Source: Babesia bigemina
Taxonomy: Eukaryota
Assembly: GCF_000981445.1 (NCBI RefSeq)
Contig: NC_027218.1
Location: 1,984,001 to 2,048,000 of the forward strand
DNA: 64,000 bases
Direction: 5' to 3'
This document shows, piece by piece, positions 40,771-52,516 of this stretch. The notes beneath the pieces are model-generated. The model did no database searches. It saw only the letters and a program-made list of their open reading frames with translations, and was not told the DNA's origin. The position numbers were made by a program, and so were the translations under genes. The stretch's first letter is position 1; the number at the start of each line of letters is the position of its first letter.

Positions 40771-41836
40771 CTTGAAAACGCCTATACGGACTATAGACGG
40801 TTGCGACGAGACCTGCTCTGAAGGAATCGGGTACAGCACGGAGCGGCAATATGATTTACGACTTCATTCAACACAGGACGGACAACGCAGCGAAACCGCT
40901 GCAATCACGTGGGACAATATACCGGCACATTCGACCTCAGGGCCGCGCCGAACGGTAGTTATTGCTATTACGGCACCTCAATCACCGTCCGGAACGACTC
41001 TACAGCGGGTCACCAAACACCCCGGACGGAAAACACCCGGCAAGCTGGTCAGCACACGTCGCAGACCGCCCGCGCAGCAGACACGGACGCCGCTCGTAGA
41101 GCGAGACTACCAACCCCAGATGTTCAACCGACCTCACATGCACACAAAGCATAGAGCACATGGCAGCACGCGCAGACTCTATCAGTGGCAGCCAGCGGAC
41201 TCAGTGCCCAAGGATATAATCAGAAGTTCGTTAATATCACAGCACTAGGAAGGCCTCAACGCCCCAGGCATCCGCGAGGACACTGGGGACGACGGCGAGC
41301 GAAGGCAATCACGGTCGGTACTTCTAGGAAAGGACAAGCCGGCCGAAACGGCGACTTGTTGCGATATCGTGGCGCTTGGCCTATGGAGCTCGAAGCCTGA
41401 ACATCATATAAGCCTGTCAGCGAAGCAAAACACGTCCTGGGCAGCACGAGGGATACCACGTCACGGCAGATCCACGGCGCCGCCGCCGAAATATTAGGCA
41501 TGGCGGCCGCGGCGCCGAGACCCTTTAGCACACACACCAGTAACAAGATTTTAACGGGCGAAACTCACCCTTAGATGACTCCCGTCGAGCTAACCCGTCA
41601 GCAGAGACTCTACCCGGCCGTTGTGGCTTACTGCAGCACCGCTGATGTCTACCGCGGTGGCGTACAGCGCGCCGAGTTCGTACGAAAATTCAAGCAGGGG
41701 AGCGGGACAGAACCACGGAGCGGCACTGTCTACCCACTGACCTGCGACGGCGCCGAGCACACCCAGCAACGCGCACCCCATAACGACACAAATACGGATC
41801 GTGAACTACCAGTAGAAGCATTAGAATAGCCGTTTG

Positions 41837-42499
41837 CTAAAATACGTCCGGTGGGCGTCGTGTGAACTGCGCGTCGCACGGTCCGCAGGACGCGCCCGCG
41901 CCCACGGAGCCGACGTAGGCGTTGAGGCACTCCTTGAGGCCCAGCAGCTCCTCCCTGAGCGCGGCCTTCTCCTTCATCAGGCTCGACGCGAGCGCCTCGT
42001 TCGCCTGCAGCCGCCGTATCGTCTCGTACTGGTTGCGGATGACGTTGCAGAGCACGTTGTTGCGATGCAGCAGCTGACCGATGCGATTGGCGAGCTCCTC
42101 GCCCTGGTCTCCCTGCGGGTGTTCGGGCTGCGAGGTGGGCTCGCACCCCCGAGATACTGCCGCGTGGTAGAACTGGGTCAGGTAGTTGGCCAGCGGCTCC
42201 TTGAGGTCATGCGTGTTCTGCATGCGGCGAAGCCCCTCCACAATCCTGTCGCTCCACTCTGAGGCGAGTTCTTGCAAAGATGTGGAGCCCTCCACATCAG
42301 GTAGAACAGGCGTCGCCGCGCCAGGGCTCTCGATTGGGCGATTCGGTGAGTCCCGCCTGCCGGTGGCCGCCACCTCGTACGGCGAACGGACGTTGCAATG
42401 GCGCTTGCGGCTCACCCTGCCGAACGTCTCGTCGCAGTACACACTCTCCGGAATGCACGGGTCGCTAGTGCAAAGGATCTGCCCTCGTTTGTGCGTCAT
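41837..42499 (-). CDS. Coiled-coil protein ending PPDVF (resembles the C-terminal region of plant CUE-family proteins)
   Basis: EWSDRIVEGL..., NNVLCNVIRNQYE, coiled coil, terminal RRPPDVF. ATG at 42499. Confidence 0.6.
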   Translation of the reverse strand: MTHKRGQILCTSDPCIPESVYCDETFGRVSRKRHCNVRSPYEVAATGRRDSPNRPIESPGAATPVLPDVEGSTSLQELASEWSDRIVEGLRRMQNTHDLKEPLANYLTQFYHAAVSRGCEPTSQPEHPQGDQGEELANRIGQLLHRNNVLCNVIRNQYETIRRLQANEALASSLMKEKAALREELLGLKECLNAYVGSVGAGASCGPCDAQFTRRPPDVF

Positions 42500-43862
42500 C
42501 CTGAACGAGCGACGCTGCCAGCCGGCTCCGATCACAAAGGGTGCTCGACGGGGTCGATATGCCCCCGCGCGTAAACGCAACTGCAACGCCTATTGCGCAC
42601 GGCCGGGGCGGATATGCACGTGTAGTCACACGCCAGCTCTTTTGGCGCGCGAACTCTAGACCGCCACCTCCATCCAATCCCTATAGAAATCCCGAATTCC
42701 TACAGCTACCTTCACCAGGCCGGAGCCGCTTCTCCCAGACGATCCGCGTTTGGATCCTTAATAATGTACACACGTCCTTACTCGGAACTGTCAGCTCAAC
42801 ACCGGCGCGCTTTGAGAACGACGAGGTGTACACTCAGCACGCCAACGTGACCCTCGTGCGATGACGGATTTACCGCGGTACTTTTACAGCACGGATAGTG
42901 GCCTGCCCGAGTATCCTGATGCGCCGCTGAAATCCCTCAGGTGACCTCGCCTGGTGATCCTAGCCGGGCAGTTGGCGACCTTATGCGAAGAGAAGCAACG
43001 GGCGCACCAACGGTGACAAGTGGCTCAGCGGCAATTGACTTGCTAGAACCGTTGTAAAAACTCACTACAGTCGTATGACAGCCGTTCGGACAGATTTTAT
43101 TTCTCCACGACCGGCCGCGCCGCCTGGGTATCCGCGCACGCCACCCAACATGTGCCGCCGCAGACCGAACGCTGCGCTCGCACGCCACATTACCCGTCCG
43201 CAGACATCTAGCGGATCACTAGCGCAATGTGGTACGCCACCGGATGCCGCTATGATTACCTGTATCAACCGCGAGTACGCGGCCGCGGCACCGGCGGCGT
43301 TTTCGTGTGTCTACCTCGCGATTCGCGACTCATAGACACATTTGTGCCGACGTGATGCTGTTCAGTGCATTGCAAAATTATGACGGGCATTTAGTATGCA
43401 TTTGCCGCGCGGACGTGCCACAGCCGCTATTTGTGGATAGTGGCCGTGTTGACGTGTTATAAACCAGCGCCGAGAGACTTCCGCGTTGTCTGGGTGTACA
43501 CGGCGGTGTGCTTAATTGGGTGCTAATCGGTTTTGACGGCGAGGCGGTGTAGCGTCGGTCTGCATACCTGAAGCACGGCGCAACACGTGCGGCGCCTTTT
43601 GATTAAACTCCGGGTCGCGTGCCACCTACACATGTACAATTATTAGCAGCACGTACTGTTTGGCATTGTGCACACGTCTATGCTTGCCGAGTAGCCTCGG
43701 TGCTCACGAACGCGCTGGCGATGGCCCAACCTTCCACAGGGATGGAGTGATTCCACGTGGAACACTGACTAAGTTCGATCAATGTTCTCACCAATGTGTG
43801 GACGCGTAGCGCAATGACAGGCACGAGGAGGAAATAGGGCCTATAGAGCCTGGGCAATCGCA

Positions 43863-46712
43863 ATGCCGCCATTAACATTCGCATGGTGTGTCGCGCACAT
43901 CTGCTTGGTGACAATGGCGGCGACCTATCGCATACGCCGTGTGGAAGACACTCCGTGGCACGGTATAGCCGGGCAATATGCGCGTTGCGGCGCGGAGTTT
44001 GGTTTTATAGTTGCGCCTGGCTCAGACAGATGTGACATAAGACATACGTCGCACTGGCGATTCTCACACACGGCTTCTACTACTCAGCGCAGGGGTTCGT
44101 TTCAGCGCGTACACGACGATGAAGGCGCGCCAGACAGCCTGCACAGACCACTGTGCCTGTATGCCAGGCCAAAAAAGAACAAGGGTGCGTTTGCGGTATC
44201 TTAATTCCTATGCTGTGCAGTGGAATCCTCGAACACAGACGAGCCGCAGTTAACGGCACAAGTGCCGGATGAAGGTGCCGGTTCACCAAAAGCTGCCGAA
44301 TGCGCGGACGACAAGGCGGTAGTTAATGAGGGAACGGATGTGGGAGTCCCTGCTGATGTAACTGCTGCCGCGAAGCGCAAGAGGGGTCGACCCAGAAAGG
44401 TGAAGGTCGAGGACGATGCTGCAGCTTCAGCTACCGACGGCAACAATTCCACACCAGAAATTACGGATGATAATGCGTCTGCAGAACCAGATATCACCGG
44501 TACAGATCCTGCAGATGTGGTCATGTCTGCTACCACCTCAGATGAAGATGTGACACAACAACCCGTTGGTGATCACCAGGACACCGTCATTGGCACAAAC
44601 CCGGAAATTCACGCAAACCAGGAAATTCACGCAAGCCAGGAAATTCACGCAAGCCAGGAAATTGATACAAACAGGGAAATCGGCACTAGTCAAGATGACC
44701 ATGTGGATGTTGAGGTTTCGGATGGTAGTGCCCAGGATAGTGAAGTAGAGCGACACGACGTGGTTGATACTGCTACGGAGGGTAACGACGAAATTGCTGA
44801 GGCTATACCAACTGAGGATGATGAAGCTGCTACGGTGATATCAACTGAGGATGATGAAGCTGCTGCGGTGATATCAACTGAGGATGATGAAGTGGCTGAG
44901 GTTGTACCAACTGAGGATGATGATGATGAAGTTGCTGAGGTTGTACCAACCGAGGAGGGTGAAGTGGCTGAGGTTATATCAACTGAGGATGATGATGATG
45001 AAGTGGCTGACGTTATATCAACTGAGGAGGATGACGACGACGAAGTGGTATCAGTTACAGAAGGGGTGGGGAGTGTAGCAGAAATAGAGGTCACCACTGA
45101 GGACGAAGAAGGTACGGACGAACAGGGGAAAACGGACGCGTCAGCAGCATCTGATGCGGAAAGTGCTAAAAGTGCGGATAAATCCGGTGTAAAAGGTCCT
45201 CGGACCTTCTTGCAAAGGTTGGAGGAGCAACTGGCATCGAGGAAAACCAGGCTCCCGGAATCCTTTTACGCAGAGGAAGTGTACAGCACATTCGACAACA
45301 CGAAGCTCCCGGAGGGGTGTAAGACGCTGATGGACTTTTTCAACCTGCCGAAGAACTTCGACTTCAAAAGCATGGTCGACCTCTCCCTCCACGGCACGGA
45401 CTCGTTGGAGACGCTGGGTGTCTACGGCACCGACAAGCCGCAGAAGCTGGAGGAGCCGGTGTACTCCGGCAAGTACCCGGACAGCTTCTTCGAGACCATC
45501 TTCCACTACGAGCCGGAGCCGCGGCGGTACACGACCGCCGAGGGCACCCCGGAATCCGTGGAGGTCGATAGGATGTACTACACCCTCAAGGGCAAGCGGC
45601 CCGGTGACATAGTGCCCCCCGAGAGGCAGTCGCCCGTGGAAAAGATAAGGGAGCACTACCTGATGTTCGACGTGCACGACCACCTCAAGCACTACCTGAC
45701 CCACCTGAACCAGTACAACTACCGAGTGCTGAGCAGCCACCACAAGAGGGACGACACGCTGAACCACTACCTCAACAACGAATACATACAGTACATACCC
45801 AAGAAGTTCCCGCCCGAGCCGGACCACACGGAGAAGATCAGGGCGTACTTCATGGACATTTTGCCCGAGCTGATGGACACGCTGGTCAACCTCATCAAAA
45901 ACGACCCCAACAAGGACCGGACCCCGTCGCCGCCGTTGCACGACATGAGCTTCGCGCCGGGTTTCCAACTGCCGGACTACATGCAGCGCGGCTACGAAAC
46001 CGACGACGAGCGAACCAGCGGGTTCGAGGAGAAGGACTACCTCAGGTTCTCCAGCCTCCAGGGGCTGCACGACCCGGAGAGGCACCTGCACTACCCATAC
46101 GCGGACGTGGAGCCGCTGTACCAGCGCCAGCTGCTGTCCACGTACCTGGACTTGGTCAAGACCGGCGAGCTGGGCGAACCCGATACCTACAAGAAGTTCA
46201 AGTCGCAGGCCGCCAGCATCAGGAACGAGCTGTACACCGACCGCACGAGGCTCCCCCAGGAGATATACGGCCGCGCGGGGTCCAAAGAGGCTCGGAAACC
46301 GATCGAACGAACCACCCGGCTGACCAAGGTGTACGAGCGCGGGGGCCGGAAACGCAGCGTCGCGCTCGTGTACCTGGAGCCGGGCAACGGGCACATCATC
46401 ATCAACAACAGGGACGGGTACCAGTACGTCCGGTACAGCGCGCAGCGCATCAGGGAGATGCTGGAGCCGTTGGACGTGCTCTACGCGTACAAGAAGTTCA
46501 ACATCGTCGCCGTTGCGCGCGGCGGCGGCATATCCGGGCAGACCGGCGCCATTAGACACGCGCTCGCCAGGTACCTCACGAAGGTCCTGGCGCCCAAAAT
46601 CGAGCCGTACCTGTCGATGCGCGACCTCACGAAGGCGGATACGCGGCAGGTCGAGCGGAAGAAAACCAACCTGCGCAAGGCGCGTAAGGAGGAGCACTAC
46701 TCCAAGCGTTAG
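43863..46712 (+). CDS. RPS9: Ribosomal protein S9 (uS9), probably apicoplast-targeted, with a very long N-terminal extension; intron 44185-44220
   Basis: C-terminal GGRKRSVALV, GGGISGQTGAIRHALAR, DTRQVERKK...YSKR. Exon 1 (43863-44184) encodes a signal-peptide-like then basic transit-like leader and splices in frame. Confidence 0.88.
44602..45050 (+). repeat. Coding tandem repeats: 18-bp QEIHAS units and ~33-39-bp acidic TEDDE(V/A)AEV(I/V)(S/P) units
   Basis: ggaaattcacgcaa x3 at ~44602-44660; caactgaggatgatga recurring ~44785-45050. Confidence 0.9.
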
Positions 46713-46789
46713 CGGGCTGCGGCTGCCCGCGCCGCGAGGCGACCCTCATGTAATATTTAGTCACACATTACACACCCTATCACCGCACG

Positions 46790-48068
46790 ATGGCTCGGAA
46801 AAAGAACTGGAAGCGCATAGACGTGTCCACCGTGCACGAGTCGATCGTCGAGAACAACATCGCAAAGAGCGTGGCCCGGGACGGCATCTCCGATAAAATA
46901 GAGATCGATGTCGTTGGTACGTTGCCCCTGGATAGGTCGCAGGGCGCTCATGAATGAACAGGTGCGACCCCGTCGAAGAAGCTCGCCAAAAAAATCAAGG
47001 CGCAGCAGGCCGCCGGGCCCCTAGCAGCCCGTGGCGCTGTGGAAAAGGCCAAGCTGCGTAAGCTGGTGGAGAAGATCAAGCAGAAGAATGAGGCTATCGA
47101 GGTCGAAACCGACGAATCGGACGGCCGCCGCAAGGTGGGTTGCCGCTTTCAGTAGCTCGACATAAACGTCGCAGAGGGAGAGCGACGACATCTGGTCGGA
47201 GGACACGGAGCACTTCGTGAAGCGCCGCCCCAAGATGCCCAACCTCGCCAAGGTCATCCCCGCAGTTGCGGCGCCGCACGCAGGGCAGAGTTACAACCCC
47301 ACCCCGGAGGCCCATGCGGAGCTCGTCGACCAGGCGGTCCAGGCGCTGCCGAAGGAGGAGCTGGAATCCGACTACCCGCTGACCGACCTCATCGCGAAGG
47401 CGCTGCCGGCGCTGGAGGTCGAGCAGCTCAGCTTCATACAGAAGCAGAAGTTGGCGCACCTGGTGGTGCAGAACAACGTCAGCGAGGAGGCCATCATGGA
47501 GGTGCTGCAGGAGCCCCCCGAGGACGGCGACGAAGAAGATGATGATGACGACGACGACGACGACGAGGAGGGTAAGCAAGAGGGGCGCAGCCGCGCCAAC
47601 CGGCTCAAGAAGAAGACGCGGGCCAAGCGTAACAGGATAAAGCAGCACAAGGAAACCATGAGGCAGGCGCAGATGCGCAAACGCGTCAAACAGCTGGTGC
47701 ACGACATCCGCAGCATGAAGAAGGAGGACGTCACCGCCGAGGAGACGAGCGCCAACCGTGAGGGCATGGAGGAGCGGCTGCGGAGGTACCTCGCGGGCCT
47801 CGTGCAGGGCAAGAACGTCCCGAGGTTCGGAAACAAGGTCTACAGGGCCGACCCGCCGCCAGTGGCGCTGTCCGACGAGATGAAGGCGTGCCTCAGGCAG
47901 CTGCAGACACCGACCAAGAGCCCGGTCGACCACGTGCTGGACTCCATATACCGCCGAGGGCTGGTGCCCGCGCCGCCCGTCATCGACGATAAGTACCACG
48001 AACGCGCGCGCAAGCGGGTCATCAAGCACGCGGTGAAGTTCAAGAGCAAGCTGCTGCAAGGCACCTGA
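46790..48068 (+). CDS. NOP53: Ribosome biogenesis protein NOP53, multi-exon
   Basis: MARKKNWKRIDV; PAVAAPHAGQSYNPTPEAH; LRQLQ...DSIYRRGLV. Confidence 0.85.
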
Positions 48069-48131
48069 TAGGTCGCGCAGGCGGCGGTACACACTGCACT
48101 AATGTAGTCAAAAACTCACACCCGCGCTAAC

Positions 48132-48730
48132 ATGTTTAAAAATTACATCGTCGAGGACCTGGTCACGCTCGAAGTCGCGGAGTACCTCGACGACGCCCAC
48201 CGGAAGCTCACCGAGAAGGTGGAGGACAAATACGTCGACAAGGCAAGGCTGGCCTAGACAGAGGCTCAATGGTCGCAGGTCATCTCGGGCGTGGGCCTCG
48301 TTGTGCTCGTGCAGGAGTTTAGCGTCCATTCGGAGCCCAAGATTCTCCCCAACGACGCCAGCGCACTCTTCACCCTGCGGCTGAAGCTGCTGGTGTTCGC
48401 GCCGGAGGTCGGCGAGCTGCTGAGCGGCACCGTCGTGGGCTCCGACTCCGCGGGGATAGAGGTGTCGCTCGGATTCTTCAGCGACATCAAGCTGATATCG
48501 CTCTTCATGCCGCAAAACGCGGCGTTCGACCAGGAGGCCACTACGTGGTACGTCGTGGAAAACGACGCCAAACGCTACTGCAAAGAGAGCACCCCCGTCA
48601 GCTTCAAGGTCGTCGAGGTCACGTACAACGACACGAACGGTACGGCCCTTTTGTAAGCGACTCACCGACAGCAGACCCTTCGAAGGACGACCAGTTGCCA
48701 GTCATGCTTGTGATCGGCAAGTTGGCGTGA
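48132..48730 (+). CDS. RPC25: RNA polymerase III subunit RPC25/RPC8 (Rpb7 family), 3 exons
   Basis: KYVDK|VISGVGL, LLVFAPEVGELLSG, GIEVSLGFFSDI. First intron 48243-48278 is GC-AG. Confidence 0.85.
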
Positions 48731-49032
48731 CAAGCGCGCCAAACGCATCGCAAGGCCTCATACAAAGTGGCTAACAGCCAAACGGTGTTTCAAGTTTCAT
48801 CAGACGTAGCCATGCGTAACGCCGCCGCGGCGACCTCCATGCTGCCAGCGGCACACGTCACGAATAACACACCCGTCGCTGACAAGCGCGCTACTTAACG
48901 TAGGCCACCACAACTACACACAAATAAGTCATGCGGATATACACGAATCGTATGCTAGCGCAGGTGGTATTGAACGTTGTGATAGGTTGCAGGCAGACGG
49001 CATGCTTGGGGTAGACATCGCGAAAACGGCCA

Positions 49033-49498
49033 TCACGCGTCGTCTCGAGACGCCTCTAGCGAGCGACTGCGCAGGTGGTTGAGGTGGGCTGCGCGGAATG
49101 TGAATTCGGCAGGTGCCAGGAAAGTCACCTTGGTACTGGTCGGTGTCGATGGCACGCCGGATGTCCTCCAGCGAGCAGGAGTCGGCAAAGAATCTGCTCA
49201 ACAGATCAGCTGAAACGCTTCAGCGCCTTACCTGTGCTCTATGTTCGGCGAAATATGCACGATTATCTCGGGCCGGGCGTCATAGCTGTGCGACATGTGC
49301 AGGACAACGTGGTACACACCTCAGCAGCTCGTACGCATAAGACAGCTGCGGGAAACGCCGCGACGTCTCGGGGCGCATCAGGGTGAGCAGCAGGCGGCGG
49401 CAGGTTTCGCTGTTGCGCGATCCCGGGCGGTAGCGAATATGGACGCGGTCCACGTACGCCAGCAACGGAAGGCGCGCGAAAAGGTCATACCGGGGCAT
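49033..49498 (-). CDS. Small 4-exon protein, mitochondrial ribosomal protein mL53-like
   Basis: Spliced product MPRYDLFARLPLLAYVDRVHIRYRPGSRNSETCRRLLLTLMRPETSRRFPQLSYAYELLSYDARPEIIVHISPNIEHRFFADSCSLEDIRRAIDTDQYQAHLNHLRSRSLEASRDA, using three canonical short introns. Family call is from pattern resemblance only. Confidence 0.55.
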
Positions 49499-49837
49499 CC
49501 TAATGCGCGCAAGCCCCCGCAACACGCGCTAACTTGCCATCCGAAGCGTTAGGAAGGAATGTGTGGGCGGGAGCCGAGGGGTGGTAGCGCGCGAGGGAGA
49601 GGTGCCCGCCTACACCCATAGAACGCGTCGGCGGTGAGGCACTAGACACCGGCGTCGGACCGAGATCCGGAAATGCCGTGCAAAACGAAGCGTTTTAGCA
49701 TTCGTGGGCGGGTGAGGGACGATCGCGGAGCGTCCTAGCGCTCCAACACCGGTTGTGGAGGGGAGTCAGGGTCGTCGCGGGCCACAACGCCGCCACAGGA
49801 TGCAAGGCGCCTGACACCGCATGACTACCCAGCCACC

Positions 49838-51958
49838 ATGTCGCTGGCGAAGAGGCGGCCGCCTAGGTTCGTCGTCCAGCTTCACGACCGCAACATCAGC
49901 TTCGTCAAGTCGAAGGACGAGCCGGCGGAGAAGCGCGACGAAATCGAGTACTTCAAGGATGGCAGGCTGCATACGGCCAAGCGCGACCCGCAGGCTGCGG
50001 AGGACGCCAACGCGCCCTTCAAGAACGCAGTGGCGCTCATCGAGACCCTGCAGGGGAGCGACGCGTTCGGCGTCGACCGGCTGCCCAACGCCAAGCACAA
50101 CGAGCAGTTCGACAAGATGGCGGGCGGGCTGTTCAACCCGGGCATCAACATATGCTTCATGAACGTCATCCTGCAGGTGCTCACGCACTCGCCCTACCTC
50201 GCGCCGGCCATGATGAGGGCCGCCCACTCCAGGGTCTGCCCGAACGCGAAACGCAAAATCGTGTGCGTCACATGCGTGCTGGAGGCGCACGTCAAGCAGG
50301 CGCTGGGCAACCGCGTGGCTAAGAAGAACCCGTACGTGCACCTGGTCCAGAGGCTCATTTGGAAGCAGTACCAGCTGGGCCGCCAGGAGGACGCGTTCAT
50401 CTTCCTGAAGCACCTGCTCGACGCGCTCATCAAGGGGTGCTACGGGTCGCGCTACTCCAACAGCACCGCCACCATGGTGCCGCAGAACGACGCCATGCGG
50501 AGCTTCATCGGCCGGATCTTCGGCGGGTTCCTGAAGAACGTGCTCATGTGCTCCCACTGCCACTACAGGTCGGAAAAGCTCGAGACCTGTTTCGACATCT
50601 CCGTGGACATTTACCGGGCGAACAACCTGGCGGATCTACTCACGGCGTTCGTCAAGGAGGAGACCCTGGACCACAACAACAGGTACAACTGCCCCAAATG
50701 CAAGCGGCACCAAAAGGCCACGAAGGCGATGTCGATTTACCGCGCCCCCAAGATCATGAACGTAGTGCTCAAGAGGTTCGGAATGGGCGCCACCGGGTGC
50801 GAAAAGTCGAAGAAGGAGGTCTCGTTCCCGCTGAGCTTCTCCATGTCTATACACACGTCAAAGCAGTCGAAGCCAGTTTGGCTAACCTACGACCTTTACG
50901 CAGTAGTCTGCCATCTCGGCAGGTCGCTGCACATGGGCCACTACATCGCGTTCGTGCGGGGGCAGCACGGGTTCTGGAGCTGCTTCAACGACGCCTCGGT
51001 CTCCACCGTCTCCCAGGAGGCGGTGCTGGGCCTCAGGCAAGAGGCCTACCTGCTGTTCTACGCAGTCAACGACGAGTGCGCGCAGATATGTGACCTGCTG
51101 ACCAACGACAAGGCGGTCACGAACACCTTCACCACCAAACAAGTGCCCGTCAATCGCAACCTGCAGACCACCACTGCGCATTACCGGAACGACGTCCTGC
51201 GCGAGGACTCGCTCGCCGACGACGCAGAAACGGACAATTGGCCCAAATGGCCATTGTACGAGTCGGTCAAGCGCAAGCAACCCGCCGAGCAGCAGTACAA
51301 GGTTTCGCTTATGTCGCCATCAAGCGGCACAAGCACAGACTCCGCGGAGGAAACCGTCGAATCAAACCCCGAATCTCACAATGAGCTAGATACGTCGCCA
51401 AAGGTCGAGAATCCGCAAATGGACTCGCTAAGGGTCGTGAAACGCTTTGTGACGAGACGGGTACACGGCCACCGACTGAAACTTATCGGGCTTTTCAAGC
51501 AATACCAGGTGTCTCAGGATGTCATCAGGGACATCATGCGCATCAAAGAGCAACTAAAGGGGCGCCGTGGCGCGGCGGCTGACGAGGAACCGCAGAAACA
51601 GCAAGTGCGGGAAAGCGACGACGAAACGCATTTGAGGCCGCTAGACACGGCGGCGGACAGCGACGTCGACACATGGTCAGACGCGGACCCAGGCGACGCC
51701 TACCACCAACTCAAGAGCAGCATACACCCAGAGCTACCCAAGAGATCACAGGAGGACGTGGACTACGACCGCGGGAAGCTCAAGAAGGTCAGGAGCGCCC
51801 CGCAGCCGCCCTTGGGAGGCGTGCAGTACGTCACACACAACTCCGGAACCAAGATTGCAGTGCACCAGAAGGACGCGTTCGACAGCGCGCTGGGCAACCG
51901 CGCGCGAAAACGACGCCACGCGGGCAACAAGCGACGCAGGTCTCGCAACCGCAGGTGA
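49838..51958 (+). CDS. Ubiquitin C-terminal hydrolase, USP36/USP42-like
   Basis: Cys box GLFNPGINICFMNVILQ, RQEDA, His box HLGRSLHMGHY, FND; C-terminal DYDRGKLKKV and basic nucleolar-type tail. Confidence 0.92.
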   Translation: MSLAKRRPPRFVVQLHDRNISFVKSKDEPAEKRDEIEYFKDGRLHTAKRDPQAAEDANAPFKNAVALIETLQGSDAFGVDRLPNAKHNEQFDKMAGGLFNPGINICFMNVILQVLTHSPYLAPAMMRAAHSRVCPNAKRKIVCVTCVLEAHVKQALGNRVAKKNPYVHLVQRLIWKQYQLGRQEDAFIFLKHLLDALIKGCYGSRYSNSTATMVPQNDAMRSFIGRIFGGFLKNVLMCSHCHYRSEKLETCFDISVDIYRANNLADLLTAFVKEETLDHNNRYNCPKCKRHQKATKAMSIYRAPKIMNVVLKRFGMGATGCEKSKKEVSFPLSFSMSIHTSKQSKPVWLTYDLYAVVCHLGRSLHMGHYIAFVRGQHGFWSCFNDASVSTVSQEAVLGLRQEAYLLFYAVNDECAQICDLLTNDKAVTNTFTTKQVPVNRNLQTTTAHYRNDVLREDSLADDAETDNWPKWPLYESVKRKQPAEQQYKVSLMSPSSGTSTDSAEETVESNPESHNELDTSPKVENPQMDSLRVVKRFVTRRVHGHRLKLIGLFKQYQVSQDVIRDIMRIKEQLKGRRGAAADEEPQKQQVRESDDETHLRPLDTAADSDVDTWSDADPGDAYHQLKSSIHPELPKRSQEDVDYDRGKLKKVRSAPQPPLGGVQYVTHNSGTKIAVHQKDAFDSALGNRARKRRHAGNKRRRSRNRR

Positions 51959-52005
51959 ACGCGCCCGCCGTACACTGACACCACTCAATTTTACACACTC
52001 ACAAC

Positions 52006-52480
52006 ATGGACTCAGACGATGGAGTAGTTTGCCAAATCCGGGCCGGCAAGTGCATCCTCGAGGGCAACACCGCACGCCCCGACCTGAGGAAGGGCACGCT
52101 CAGGCTCCACAGGGTGAGATAGGGCTCCCAAACGACTCATGAGCGCCGTCAGGGGGTAGACGAGCTGCTGTGTATACAGTGGCTGCAGCGGGACTGCGAC
52201 CAGGTCGAGGTAGGCGCCGGCCGCGCAACGCCAAACACACCCAGGACACGTTCTACGTATTCGAAGACGCCCTGCTAGAGCGAGTTGATGAGTGCAAGGA
52301 CGGGGAGGTGTACGCGCTCAGGTTCACGGGCAACGACCACAAGGTCATGTATTGGATGCAGGAGACCTCGCTCGATGTCATCGAGGTAGGCACCGGCGCC
52401 GGCAGCACATGGTCCCGCAGGCGTTCGTCGATACCGTGAACACCGCTATCGGCTACAAGGCGATGGATACGGACGATTGA
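52006..52480 (+). CDS. RPN13: Proteasome ubiquitin receptor Rpn13/ADRM1 (Pru domain only), 4 exons
   Basis: IRAGKCILEGNTARPDLRKGTLRL, QWLQR, VYALRF...MYWMQE. Confidence 0.88.
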
Positions 52481-52516
52481 AACTATATTTTATCATAGCG
52501 AATGTTGACGGCGCGG

